DNA of 37,808 nt, taken from contig CAZAHZ010000001.1 in assembly GCA_964485055.1 (NCBI GenBank), positions 1-37,808 on the forward strand. Direction: 5' to 3'. Source of the DNA: an uncultured Candidatus Cloacimonadota bacterium (GTDB taxonomy: Bacteria; Cloacimonadota; Cloacimonadia; Cloacimonadales; TCS61). Numbering within the stretch: the first letter of the stretch is position 1; the number at the start of each line of letters is the position of its first letter. Position numbers and translations under genes: made by a program. This document shows positions 30,501 to 37,808 of this stretch, piece after piece. Under the pieces are notes generated by a model. That model was not told the origin of the DNA. It saw only the letters and a program-made list of their open reading frames with translations, and searched no databases.

Positions 30501-30840
30501 TATTCAGTCTGCTTTTATTAGAAATAATTTTCTGATAAACAGAGGTAAGATACTGAATATTTTCAGTAGAGAAATCAATATCGGGGTATATTTTGAGAAT
30601 GTTACCCTTGATCTCGGGAGCTTTTTTACCATTTTCTGCCAGGATATGGAGGAATTCGATGATGCGCTGCCTGATCTCGTCAGTAGCTTTTTTTGTGAAA
30701 GTGATAACGAGAATTTCATCGAACTCAAGCTGATCTTTTAATTTAAGAAGCAGGGAGATATATTCCAGTGAAAGACGATAGGTCTTGCCGGTGCCGGCAC
30801 TGGCTCTGATAATGTTAGGGGTTAAAACATCATTGTTCAT
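27538..30840 (-). CDS. addA: AddA/RexA-like UvrD-family helicase with C-terminal PD-(D/E)XK (RecB-type) nuclease
   Basis: ORF track. SF1 motifs: I ASAGTGKT, II LIDEFQDTS, V/VI TIHKSKGLEFD and YVALTRAK. C-terminal nuclease signature RIDRLL ... VIDYKTGE. The start overlaps the upstream gene's stop by 4 nt. Confidence 0.8.
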   Translation of the reverse strand: MNNDVLTPNIIRASAGTGKTYRLSLEYISLLLKLKDQLEFDEILVITFTKKATDEIRQRIIEFLHILAENGKKAPEIKGNILKIYPDIDFSTENIQYLTSVYQKIISNKSRLNISTLDSFINSIFKSLIAPYHNINRYTIDPLINDSILPEIYQTILQDEHFPLVQNIFKLKRSRNISAYDEFIKAILDNRWLFEFYDKSQIQNVDFKSMSDQYYDAVVITAREFSQRFADILKTNYPDLPWTKIFPRDWLKAIDHNNILDNTLKEGIEEILISLFKDREFLRTQYSLINNSGNIWNGSSLFRKKAEAEDKELMLDLQAKLLLIWKHFLYYERVLPEHQDILDLSKVIFRKYDQIKFRDKILTYNDLATYTWKYLHDPAISIIDTGEVLNLFYEQLSYRIRFILIDEFQDTSILQWNIFAPLIREIIAGYGATDAGSFTIVGDEKQAIYAWRSGERELLVNMENLLPAQFRHSDLKTSFRSSLAVIHFVNRLFTDQYFLDNIKSADLNWEYSHIETEKDEPGYCYLQITNLYGNPDNIEFSQVIANFIRNIYLPACNSGEISPSDTAILTRTHNEMNTVAAVLRELEIDYIDETNLSILKQRAIKPIMALLNWFYNLDFYNLITFLRSDAVLLNSQSLKDILEFWQTCQKLELPFCPDLYDKFARIPQIAILGALHKHLSDPLILAKAIITDFNLIKIFDQEIDFANITKFLNLIAEFLAVNLDYSHDLGGLLRYFADNENAEYFNQTGIQHQNVLKILTIHKSKGLEFDTVIMMQKNSSSTGRLPELSIYPEYTSDFSGLSSCLFTYNFTSLIKDSPADPLSELQRKREDVEAINVWYVALTRAKRNLFALIAYSMKDGLEKYYSSFDDAKPDINKLICGSLAAEFVTESLQVDNSLIIKMGELSKYNTRHDDDALILSGLSDISAWFSATPSELFTARDDWQIQIPPADYHLLARAKVLGNIAHYYLEQIRFDSQAARKQAADRTLAFYGSLIPASDILTIITKVDAIITENFPLFDPANWDQCYCEWSVFDNNKNEYRIDRLLISHSRKQVQVIDYKTGEITAEDQIRKYNELLKKIPFFAKNHYDILEGVFLKIKL

Positions 30841-33650
30841 TTGGTGCTCCGGGACAGTTTGTTTAGTAATCGGCGGGTGAGATCATCATCTTCATAAGGA
30901 TCGGCTTTATTACCAATAAAGTAGCCTGTTTTGAACACTTTTTGCAGGGACTCTTGCAGGTCAGAGATTTTATTGGAAAAGAACTCAGCATGTGATATTT
31001 TTTTCAGATTGGATTCCAGAAGTTCCTGATCAGTGACAAAATAGAGCCAGGATCTGGTAAGAGGCTCATGCTCGTAATAGAGAATTTCATACATGATCAA
31101 CTGGGTATAATAGATATCATGATAGTAAGCTTTATGCTTACCTGATTTATAGTCATAAATATGTTTTTCGGAAGTGGGAAGCACCTCAATTCTGAGATCA
31201 GCACGTCCTTTGAGAATAACAGGAATATTATCCAAGACAAATAATTGGCGTTCGCGGTTTTCTCTGCCTTTTTCGGGGATAATTCGAATCGGGATATTTG
31301 TATATTTTTCATCGCAGCTCTGGAGAAAAGAAGTGAGAGCATCAATGATCATGGGGCAGATCACTTTTTTAAAGTAGCTATCTGAATAGTTATGCGGTTT
31401 TTGAAGAACAACAGCGGGATTATGGATAAGATGGTGACTGAGGGCGCGTTCTGCGTAATTTTCCTGGTTGAAATTGAAGGGATGATGTACAGGATTATTC
31501 TGATAAAGTTTAAGAAGCCTCTGCCAGATATCAGCAAATGCTTCATGAACCAGAGAGCCGATCTGCAAAGGAGAATAATCCATCTCAATCTCAATTTGCC
31601 GATCTTTTATATTCAGCATGTCCTGGAGATAATAGTTAAAGGGATGTTCAATAATTTTCTGGAAATTACTGGGTTTCACTATAAAGCAGTCATTTTTAAG
31701 GTCGTTTTGCCGGCGAAACGGCAGGCTAAAGAAATCTTCCGGCAATTTTGGATGGTCAAGACTAATGCTGCCCGCAGGTAACCAGTTTTGGCAGTGCTCA
31801 GAAAAGAGAGTGGTGTGAGGCTTAACATCCTGTGAAAAGAGAGAGGGGAAGAAGATTTGAAGTTCTTCGAGAAAAGAGCTGATCTCGGTTCTATCTGAGG
31901 GACTTGTTCGGGAGAAGCAGTGGACCGTGTCAGCCTGGGCGATAAGGCGGAAAAGATAATATTTTTCGCGCAGGATAATATCTTCAAAGGTTTTCAGACC
32001 AAGTTTGCGTCTTTGAGCTTCCGTCAGCAGAAAGGGCGTTTGCCGGGCTGGTGGTATAACGCCTTCAATTGTATCAACAATCACCACATTGCTGTATTGC
32101 AGATTGCGGGTATTATGAAGGGATGTAAGCTGGATCCTATCAGGAGCTGGTTTATCGAAATAAAAATGAAAGGTTTTTGATTTGGCATATTCCAGAAAAA
32201 GGCGGAGAAATTCTGAACCAGCATAATAACAACTTGGGTGCTCAATAGTGAAGATGCATTTCCAGTCATTCAACAGGTTGATTGTATCAAGACTTGATAA
32301 ATCTTCGGTCAGGTTAAAGAAAGTATCTTCCAGATCAGTAAACTGCCTTTCATAAGGGATGATTATCTCGGCGGGTAGAAGACAATACGAAGAAGTAAAG
32401 ATACTAATGAGCTCAGAGAGAGAAGAAATATTGGAAAAATTATCTAACAGCATTTTCAGTTTACCAAATATCCGATTAACCGAGGGCTCAATTTTATATT
32501 CAGGAATAATATACCGAAGGCTGATATATTTATAATTATTATCAATTATGGTGTAAATAAATTTCTGGAGCTTCTCATAGACAGGCTCAATTTGAGAAGG
32601 CTCGAATTCGGTGAAACACCAGGCAAGGAAAGGAGTGGCAAAGAAGTGATTATTAAAAGCCGCAATAATTGAATTCAGAGAGATAAGATAATCATCCTGA
32701 TTTGGAATGATGGCAGAAAGCAATTCATGAACCTGTTCGTAAAACTGAAAAATGGAAGAATTGCAGAATTTGTAAGAATTGCCACAATCCAGTTGATGCC
32801 GGCATTCATAATTATCCACGTGCTGTTGCAATAATCCAAAATCCACAATCACATCAGGTTTTTTTGAATTAAGCTGATGAAATAAATAGTGCTTCAGCGA
32901 GAATTCATCAGTCAAGATATGATTATGGATTATGCGAGTACACAGATTTTCCAGGTGCTGGGAGTTGAACTCAGCCCGGCAGCACATATTGACTTTATCA
33001 TAGATATTTTCCGGCATCTGTAAATAGATGACAGTATTATCTTCAGGCAGGAGAAGCTTTTCCAGAGAAGTAAAATAAAACTGATTAACAACCACAATAT
33101 TCTGGAATTTATTAAGCCAGAGATTGTTTATATTTTCAGCTTTTTTCAGGAAAATAAGGTCTGTGAAATTCCTCGCGGTTATATATTTATAATAATTTCC
33201 CCTAATAGCCAGTAGAATTTTAAAAGTCTCAGATTGCCAGTTTTCAGCCGATTCAGTTTCACCAAAGACAGCTTGAACACGTTCGAGATCAACAATTTCT
33301 TCGGTAAGTTCATCAAAGAAGGTAAAGAAATCATAAGCGAGACTAACAGATTGGAAATAGTTGCTGAGATGGAATTTTTTCCTGTATTCGGGTTTGAGAG
33401 CAGCATAAAAAGCCAGAGTCCGTCTTTCTTCTTTGAGTATCGGAGTATCAATCTCAAGGCATTTAAGCTTGAAATTATCCAGAGTGGAGAATTCACTGCA
33501 ATTGAAGGTGGCAAGTTGCTGATAATGCAGTTTCAACTGCTTGAGGCTGGCATGATTAGGGCAGAGAAAAAGCGTCTCACTTTGAGAATTTTCCAGAGCA
33601 ACGCTTTTCAGAATATTATTATTAAAATCTACAAATTTAAAAACAGACAT
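30837..33650 (-). CDS. addB: AddB/RexB-like PD-(D/E)XK nuclease subunit (degenerate helicase-like N-terminus)
   Basis: ORF track. C-terminal RecB-family nuclease signature GRADLRIE ... IYDYKSGK. No Walker A in the N-terminus. Assigned from its size and its 4-nt translational coupling to the AddA-like gene. Recognition is weaker than for addA. Confidence 0.65.
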   Translation of the reverse strand: MSVFKFVDFNNNILKSVALENSQSETLFLCPNHASLKQLKLHYQQLATFNCSEFSTLDNFKLKCLEIDTPILKEERRTLAFYAALKPEYRKKFHLSNYFQSVSLAYDFFTFFDELTEEIVDLERVQAVFGETESAENWQSETFKILLAIRGNYYKYITARNFTDLIFLKKAENINNLWLNKFQNIVVVNQFYFTSLEKLLLPEDNTVIYLQMPENIYDKVNMCCRAEFNSQHLENLCTRIIHNHILTDEFSLKHYLFHQLNSKKPDVIVDFGLLQQHVDNYECRHQLDCGNSYKFCNSSIFQFYEQVHELLSAIIPNQDDYLISLNSIIAAFNNHFFATPFLAWCFTEFEPSQIEPVYEKLQKFIYTIIDNNYKYISLRYIIPEYKIEPSVNRIFGKLKMLLDNFSNISSLSELISIFTSSYCLLPAEIIIPYERQFTDLEDTFFNLTEDLSSLDTINLLNDWKCIFTIEHPSCYYAGSEFLRLFLEYAKSKTFHFYFDKPAPDRIQLTSLHNTRNLQYSNVVIVDTIEGVIPPARQTPFLLTEAQRRKLGLKTFEDIILREKYYLFRLIAQADTVHCFSRTSPSDRTEISSFLEELQIFFPSLFSQDVKPHTTLFSEHCQNWLPAGSISLDHPKLPEDFFSLPFRRQNDLKNDCFIVKPSNFQKIIEHPFNYYLQDMLNIKDRQIEIEMDYSPLQIGSLVHEAFADIWQRLLKLYQNNPVHHPFNFNQENYAERALSHHLIHNPAVVLQKPHNYSDSYFKKVICPMIIDALTSFLQSCDEKYTNIPIRIIPEKGRENRERQLFVLDNIPVILKGRADLRIEVLPTSEKHIYDYKSGKHKAYYHDIYYTQLIMYEILYYEHEPLTRSWLYFVTDQELLESNLKKISHAEFFSNKISDLQESLQKVFKTGYFIGNKADPYEDDDLTRRLLNKLSRSTK

Positions 33651-33757
33651 TTATTTTATTACCCCACAAGTGGTAGAAAGACAACATAGAGAAATATTAT
33701 TCCGAAGAATATAAAATCCTGGTAGAGTCCAGTCCATCAATTCTCCTTTTTTTAGGA

Positions 33758-34849
33758 TTAAAAAATTTTATCATGATTACTGATAACAATATATTCGTTG
33801 CTATCATAAAAAGGCAGGATAAGTTGTCTATTCTTTTTTTGTTCCATCCAGTCCAGATTACTAAGACACATGCCAAGCAGACGAACGGAGCGGGAACGAT
33901 CAAAAAGGGCAGAGAGCAGGTGCCCAGCTTGCCTGACCATGATCTCCTTTTCATCAAAGGAACGGCGTGCGGAGCAGCTTTTCTGGGCAATTTCAAAATC
34001 AGAATATTTTAATTTAACAGTCAATGTCCAGGCTTTGAACCTTTTTTCCTGCATTTTTGCAGATAAATCATCTGCCAGGGTAATCAGGTATTTTTTCAAT
34101 ACTGCAAGATCATTGATATCGCTGGAAAATGTCCTTTCCATGCTGATAGACTTCCTGACGCGAGTGGTTTCCACAGGACGATCATCAATGCCTCGGACTA
34201 TGTTATAATAGTATTTCCCCACTTTGCCAAATTGTTTTATCAGGTCTTTCAATTCCCATTTTCGAAGGTCTTCACCGGAACATATACCGAGGCATTTCAT
34301 TTTTTCTTCAGTAGCTTTGCCGATGCCATGGAATTTGCCGATAGGGAGTTTATTGAGAACAGCGATGGCGTTTTGTGGCGTGATCACGACCAAGCCATCG
34401 GGTTTATCAAGGTCAGAAGCAATTTTAGCGAGGAATTTGCAATAAGAGACACCCGCTGAGGCGGTCAGTTGTGTTTCCTTTTTTATTTTTTGCCGGATCT
34501 CTTCAGCCAGTCGAGTGGCTGAGGGATTATTTTTTTTATTCTCAGTAACATCAAGATATGCTTCGTCAATTGACACCGGTTCGACCAGATCAGTGTATTC
34601 ATGGAATATTTTTCGGATGATGGCAGAAGCTTGCCTGTAGGCTTCAAAATTACCGTGGACAAAAACGAGGTGCGGGCACAGCTTGATAGCCAGATTGGAG
34701 GACATGGCAGAATGAATACCAAATTTTCGGGCTTCATAGGAGCAGGTTGACACAACACCACGGCTGCCAGGTAAACCGCCTACAGCAATTGCTATTCCCC
34801 TGTACTGAGGATGATCTCGCTGCTCGACTGCTGCAAAGAAAGCATCCAT
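33758..34849 (-). CDS. dinB: DNA polymerase IV (Y-family); true start very likely upstream of the ATG, up to 34903
   Basis: ORF track. MDAFFAAVEQRD ... SIDEAYLDVT (catalytic D-E) and little-finger region. The ATG at 34849 is the internal Met of the conserved hhHhD-M-D motif. The frame is open upstream and encodes ARKIIHID, so the catalytic Asp lies 5' of the listed start (see finding). Confidence 0.9.
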   Translation of the reverse strand: MDAFFAAVEQRDHPQYRGIAIAVGGLPGSRGVVSTCSYEARKFGIHSAMSSNLAIKLCPHLVFVHGNFEAYRQASAIIRKIFHEYTDLVEPVSIDEAYLDVTENKKNNPSATRLAEEIRQKIKKETQLTASAGVSYCKFLAKIASDLDKPDGLVVITPQNAIAVLNKLPIGKFHGIGKATEEKMKCLGICSGEDLRKWELKDLIKQFGKVGKYYYNIVRGIDDRPVETTRVRKSISMERTFSSDINDLAVLKKYLITLADDLSAKMQEKRFKAWTLTVKLKYSDFEIAQKSCSARRSFDEKEIMVRQAGHLLSALFDRSRSVRLLGMCLSNLDWMEQKKNRQLILPFYDSNEYIVISNHDKIF

Positions 34850-34878
34850 ATCTATATGAATGATCTTTCTGGCAGAGC

Positions 34879-35166
34879 TTATTTCTTTTTTTTCCGGCTC
34901 CAGTGAGTTCCTCCGGTTATTACTCCAGCCCCCAGCAGGAAGCCCAGATTATAGAAAAAACCTGAATTATGAACTTCGTAAATGGTAACATTATCATTAA
35001 AGATCGAGATTATCAAAGTGATAACGCAGATCAGACCATGCCATAAGCCTTTAAAGAAACCAGCGATATTGCCTCTTGAATCCTTTTTATTGGTTTGATT
35101 ATTAGGTCCGGCAGTGCAGCTTAACAACATAATGACAATAATTAGAATAATAATAATTTTAATCAT
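34879..35166 (-). CDS. small membrane lipoprotein, unknown function, poly-Lys C-terminus
   Basis: ORF track gives a TTG start at 35184. I prefer the ATG at 35166-35164 (MIKIIIILII..), which sits 8 nt after AGGAGG (35180-35175). Lipobox MLLSCTAG, two further hydrophobic segments, ends SRKKKK. Confidence 0.6.
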   Translation of the reverse strand: MIKIIIILIIVIMLLSCTAGPNNQTNKKDSRGNIAGFFKGLWHGLICVITLIISIFNDNVTIYEVHNSGFFYNLGFLLGAGVITGGTHWSRKKKK

Positions 35167-35187
35167 TTTAAAAGCCTCCTGCAAGCA

Positions 35188-35216
35188 TTATTAAGAACCT
35201 GGCAAAAGAAAGTCAA
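35188..35216 (-). promoter_or_regulatory. sigma70-type promoter candidate for the small-lipoprotein-dinB-addBA unit
   Basis: On the - strand: TTGACT (35216-35211), a 17-nt spacer, then TAATAA (35193-35188), directly after the upstream terminator. The leader would be very short, with AGGAGG at about +1 to +8. Confidence 0.3.
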
Positions 35217-35220
35217 TAAC

Positions 35221-35247
35221 AAAAAAGCCTGCTCTCTTGAGCAGGCT
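35221..35247 (-). terminator. Rho-independent terminator of the 842-aa lipoprotein gene
   Basis: On the - strand: AGCCTGCTC-AAGA-GAGCAGGCT (9-bp stem, 35226-35247) followed by TTTTTTG, 30 nt after the TAA at 35277-35279. Confidence 0.8.
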
Positions 35248-35276
35248 TTAATTCATAGATAATTAAAATTTATATT

Positions 35277-37805
35277 TTACAGTCCCAGATCTGCCAGTAT
35301 TTCATTAAACATAGCTTTGACGTCCTCAACTTCCATATAAGGTAGAGCGAAGCCAAACATGTAGTTTGTATTCAAATCACTGGTATGCTTTATGCCAATG
35401 ATTTTGTTGTTGTAGCGATCATAATCTGCTTGGGTGGGTGGATATACGGTGGCTGAAGTATCTTTGCAGACATAAGAATAGATTGGCATGGGAGGAGTAA
35501 TAAAGGGATTGGATTCAAAAATATCATCTACAAAATAACTGCAGGCTCCAAGTCCTTGTCCCATGTTAACCAGATTGTCCCATATTATATCAGGACGAAG
35601 TTCCAGATCAAGAATTGCAGTAATTGGTAAAACAGGCGCTGCCTGGATCAGGAAGGGTTTCCCATTAACAGGATAATTACTGTCTGTAATTTTGACAACC
35701 ATTTCCGGATCATCTGTCAAACGCTTTATGGGAATCCCGAAATTATCTTCCAGGAGATTAAAGGCACTATTATTACAACCATTATACGCAGTATATGCAT
35801 GATCACCCAGACTGACAAGGATATTGCCACCTAACTGGAAGAATATATTAAGGCAGTCATTGTTTTTCTGGAAGTTTGTTCCACCTGTTGTTCCACCTCC
35901 TGCTTTGTCACTGTGATAGATGATCAGTTTATAATTCTGTATATCAATCGGGCAGACAGGATCAAGGTCAAAGTGAAGCAGGGAGTTATAAGTTTTTACT
36001 TCTGCAGCACTTTCAGAATTCTCTCTAAGGTCATAAGTATCAATGGTGCCATTAAAATCAGATAATGCTTCCATGTAGAAAGAATCGAGCAAAGCATCCT
36101 GAGTTAAATTACTGTTAGCATCATCATCAATGATCAGAATTCCTGATTTATCATCTTGCTCAACAGGATCAACAATGATAAATTTCATTTCTGCCGGAGA
36201 CGGGTCTCCAATATTGGAAAGATCAACAGCACGTACGCGGAATGTATGTTCACCTGATTCCAGATTGAACAGGATCGTATTTTGATCAATATCAGCTCCC
36301 ACAGGAATACGAGTCCATCCACCCAGAGAGTCATTATATGTCTCCACAACACCAGCTAAAGGTGGATAATGATAAGCCACTCCATCCAGTTGCAGATCAA
36401 AATATTTTAATTCAGAAAAATAGATTTCCTGAGTATTCTCATCGAGGACAATTCCCACTCGCTGGTTGAAAGGTGAATTGGTTACAGTGGTTGTAGCCTG
36501 ACCGATAACACCGTATTCACCCTGGAAACCCCAGTGCATATAGATCTTAAGATTAGGGCTGTTTATTGCAGTAAAATTATCATTTCTATCCATCCAAAGA
36601 GGAATAGCATAATGATAACCATTTGCAGTAATTTCTTCCGGTACGTCAATTGAACTTACGAACTCTGCTTTTCTGAAGGAATAATGATATTTGCCTATAG
36701 CAAAGATATCGTTATATGTGTAATTAGGCAAACCATCGCCATTGGGATCAAATCCGCAATAAATAAGGCTTCCCGGATAAAATCCTTCTTTGACAGCAAA
36801 GCTGATGGTTTTGGATTGAGAAGGAATCCCGGCAAGATCATAAGCAATAACTGTCAGGAAGGTTGAATCAAGGAAAGCATCTTCATTATTCGGATCAGGA
36901 GTATTATTAATAATATATGGACCTGGATTATTTTCACCTGCCGCTGCTTCGGGAATTAACATAAATTCTGTAACATCATCCTGAAACAAGGTGCTGTACC
37001 ATTCATCGGAATAGCCACCATTGGCTACACTAAGAGTATCTCCCTCAGTATTTATGATCTGCAGTTTAAACAGAAAATAATTAGGTTCATCCCCAATCAA
37101 AGGGTCTTTATCAGAAATACGGAATTTCAGTACTACACCAGTACCGATTCTCTTCCCGTCAATTGGTCCCTGAGTAGATTCTATCCCCAATATGGCAGGG
37201 GTTTTAGAAGTGGATTTAAAATAACGGCGGAAGATTTGAGATTCATCACCACGATCATCAATACATTTAATTTCAAAAATGCTGGTAACCGGGCTATAGA
37301 TATAATTATCATTTTCATCAAGTAAGGGATCGCCAGTAATGGGATCGAGCAGTTGCTCACCGTTTGCAGGAAAATTAATCTCTGCCCGAACTTTTTCAGT
37401 CCAGATGGTTTTTTGGGCAAAGGGATCACTGAGTGGAATTGTCTCATCAGCACCTGCTTCATAATGAAGAACCCAACCTTCATCCAGATCGGTCATGCCA
37501 TTTGAATTCTCATCGTCAACTATATATTCCTTTCCTGGAGTAGAGATTGCCATGCCATCTTCATTTAAAATTCTAAAAGCGAATGCTTCTACCCAGCCAT
37601 CAGAATCATATGCTTCCCAATATACAGTTTGCTGGAAAATTATGGAGTCACCTACTGCAACCAAAGAATCAACTCCACCATAAGAAGTAATATAGATTAT
37701 TGGCTCAGCATTCGGGTTAAGATCACCTCTGCGACCACAACTGCTTAACACAAAGAGAAGCGTGACCAGCAGAGCAAAGAAGATAATCTTTTTCCTAATC
37801 ATCAT
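35277..37805 (-). CDS. large lipoprotein of unknown function (842 aa)
   Basis: ORF track. Signal plus lipobox (LFVLSSCG). A long uninterrupted frame followed by an intrinsic terminator. No catalytic motif recognised. The start codon is 3 nt from the right window edge. Confidence 0.7.
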   Translation of the reverse strand: MMIRKKIIFFALLVTLLFVLSSCGRRGDLNPNAEPIIYITSYGGVDSLVAVGDSIIFQQTVYWEAYDSDGWVEAFAFRILNEDGMAISTPGKEYIVDDENSNGMTDLDEGWVLHYEAGADETIPLSDPFAQKTIWTEKVRAEINFPANGEQLLDPITGDPLLDENDNYIYSPVTSIFEIKCIDDRGDESQIFRRYFKSTSKTPAILGIESTQGPIDGKRIGTGVVLKFRISDKDPLIGDEPNYFLFKLQIINTEGDTLSVANGGYSDEWYSTLFQDDVTEFMLIPEAAAGENNPGPYIINNTPDPNNEDAFLDSTFLTVIAYDLAGIPSQSKTISFAVKEGFYPGSLIYCGFDPNGDGLPNYTYNDIFAIGKYHYSFRKAEFVSSIDVPEEITANGYHYAIPLWMDRNDNFTAINSPNLKIYMHWGFQGEYGVIGQATTTVTNSPFNQRVGIVLDENTQEIYFSELKYFDLQLDGVAYHYPPLAGVVETYNDSLGGWTRIPVGADIDQNTILFNLESGEHTFRVRAVDLSNIGDPSPAEMKFIIVDPVEQDDKSGILIIDDDANSNLTQDALLDSFYMEALSDFNGTIDTYDLRENSESAAEVKTYNSLLHFDLDPVCPIDIQNYKLIIYHSDKAGGGTTGGTNFQKNNDCLNIFFQLGGNILVSLGDHAYTAYNGCNNSAFNLLEDNFGIPIKRLTDDPEMVVKITDSNYPVNGKPFLIQAAPVLPITAILDLELRPDIIWDNLVNMGQGLGACSYFVDDIFESNPFITPPMPIYSYVCKDTSATVYPPTQADYDRYNNKIIGIKHTSDLNTNYMFGFALPYMEVEDVKAMFNEILADLGL

Positions 37806-37808
37806 TTA

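Noticed and set aside
33697-33996. 99-aa ORF overlapping the dinB 3' end in another frame.
   Set aside because: It is fully overlapped by the strongly supported dinB frame, with no independent signals.

Overview
This is a 37.8 kb AT-rich bacterial chromosomal segment. I can support 22 protein-coding genes. I see no rRNA, tRNA, CRISPR array, transposase, integrase or phage genes. All functional calls come from motif recognition by eye; no database search was run.

Gene layout:
- 1-11.15 kb is mostly + strand: a retropepsin-like/SEC-C protein (frame open to the left window edge), a CBM9-like secreted protein, a TPR protein, PBP4/dacB (- strand), oligopeptidase B, a type I pullulanase and a hotdog thioesterase.
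- From 11.16 kb to the right edge every gene is on the - strand, in tightly packed units.
- Unit (i): aspS-mtaB-mlaF-mlaD and a 1007-aa peptidase/PD40/Omp85 fusion, with spacers of -4 to +9 nt.
- Unit (ii): gyrB-gyrA-lipoprotein, closed by a textbook intrinsic terminator.
- Unit (iii): small lipoprotein-dinB-addB-addA-phosphohexomutase behind a TTGACT-17-TAATAA promoter.
- An 842-aa orphan lipoprotein has its own terminator.

Omp85, MCE/Mla and lipobox signals indicate a diderm. An uncultivated FCB-group (Cloacimonadota-like) origin is only a guess. I see no defence island or mobile element.

What ordinary annotation does not explain sits mainly in three large non-coding gaps (9817-10747, 12006-12296, 25346-26157):
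- a two-member family of 24-30 bp hairpins whose copies differ only by compensatory base-pair swaps;
- two REPIN-like inverted doublets of GC-rich palindromes;
- an 87-nt completely C-free G-rich tract, which is G-free and C-rich (rut-like) on the transcribed - strand;
- a 9-bp tandem repeat.

In coding DNA:
- dinB has no canonical start codon upstream of its catalytic Asp. A GGAGG-N6-CTG and a dnaX-type A_AAA_AAG heptamer are visible at the junction with the upstream ORF.
- MlaF/MlaD occur without MlaE and are tightly coupled to a POTRA-less Omp85 fusion.
- GyrA lacks both quinolone-anchoring residues (Q83, P87).
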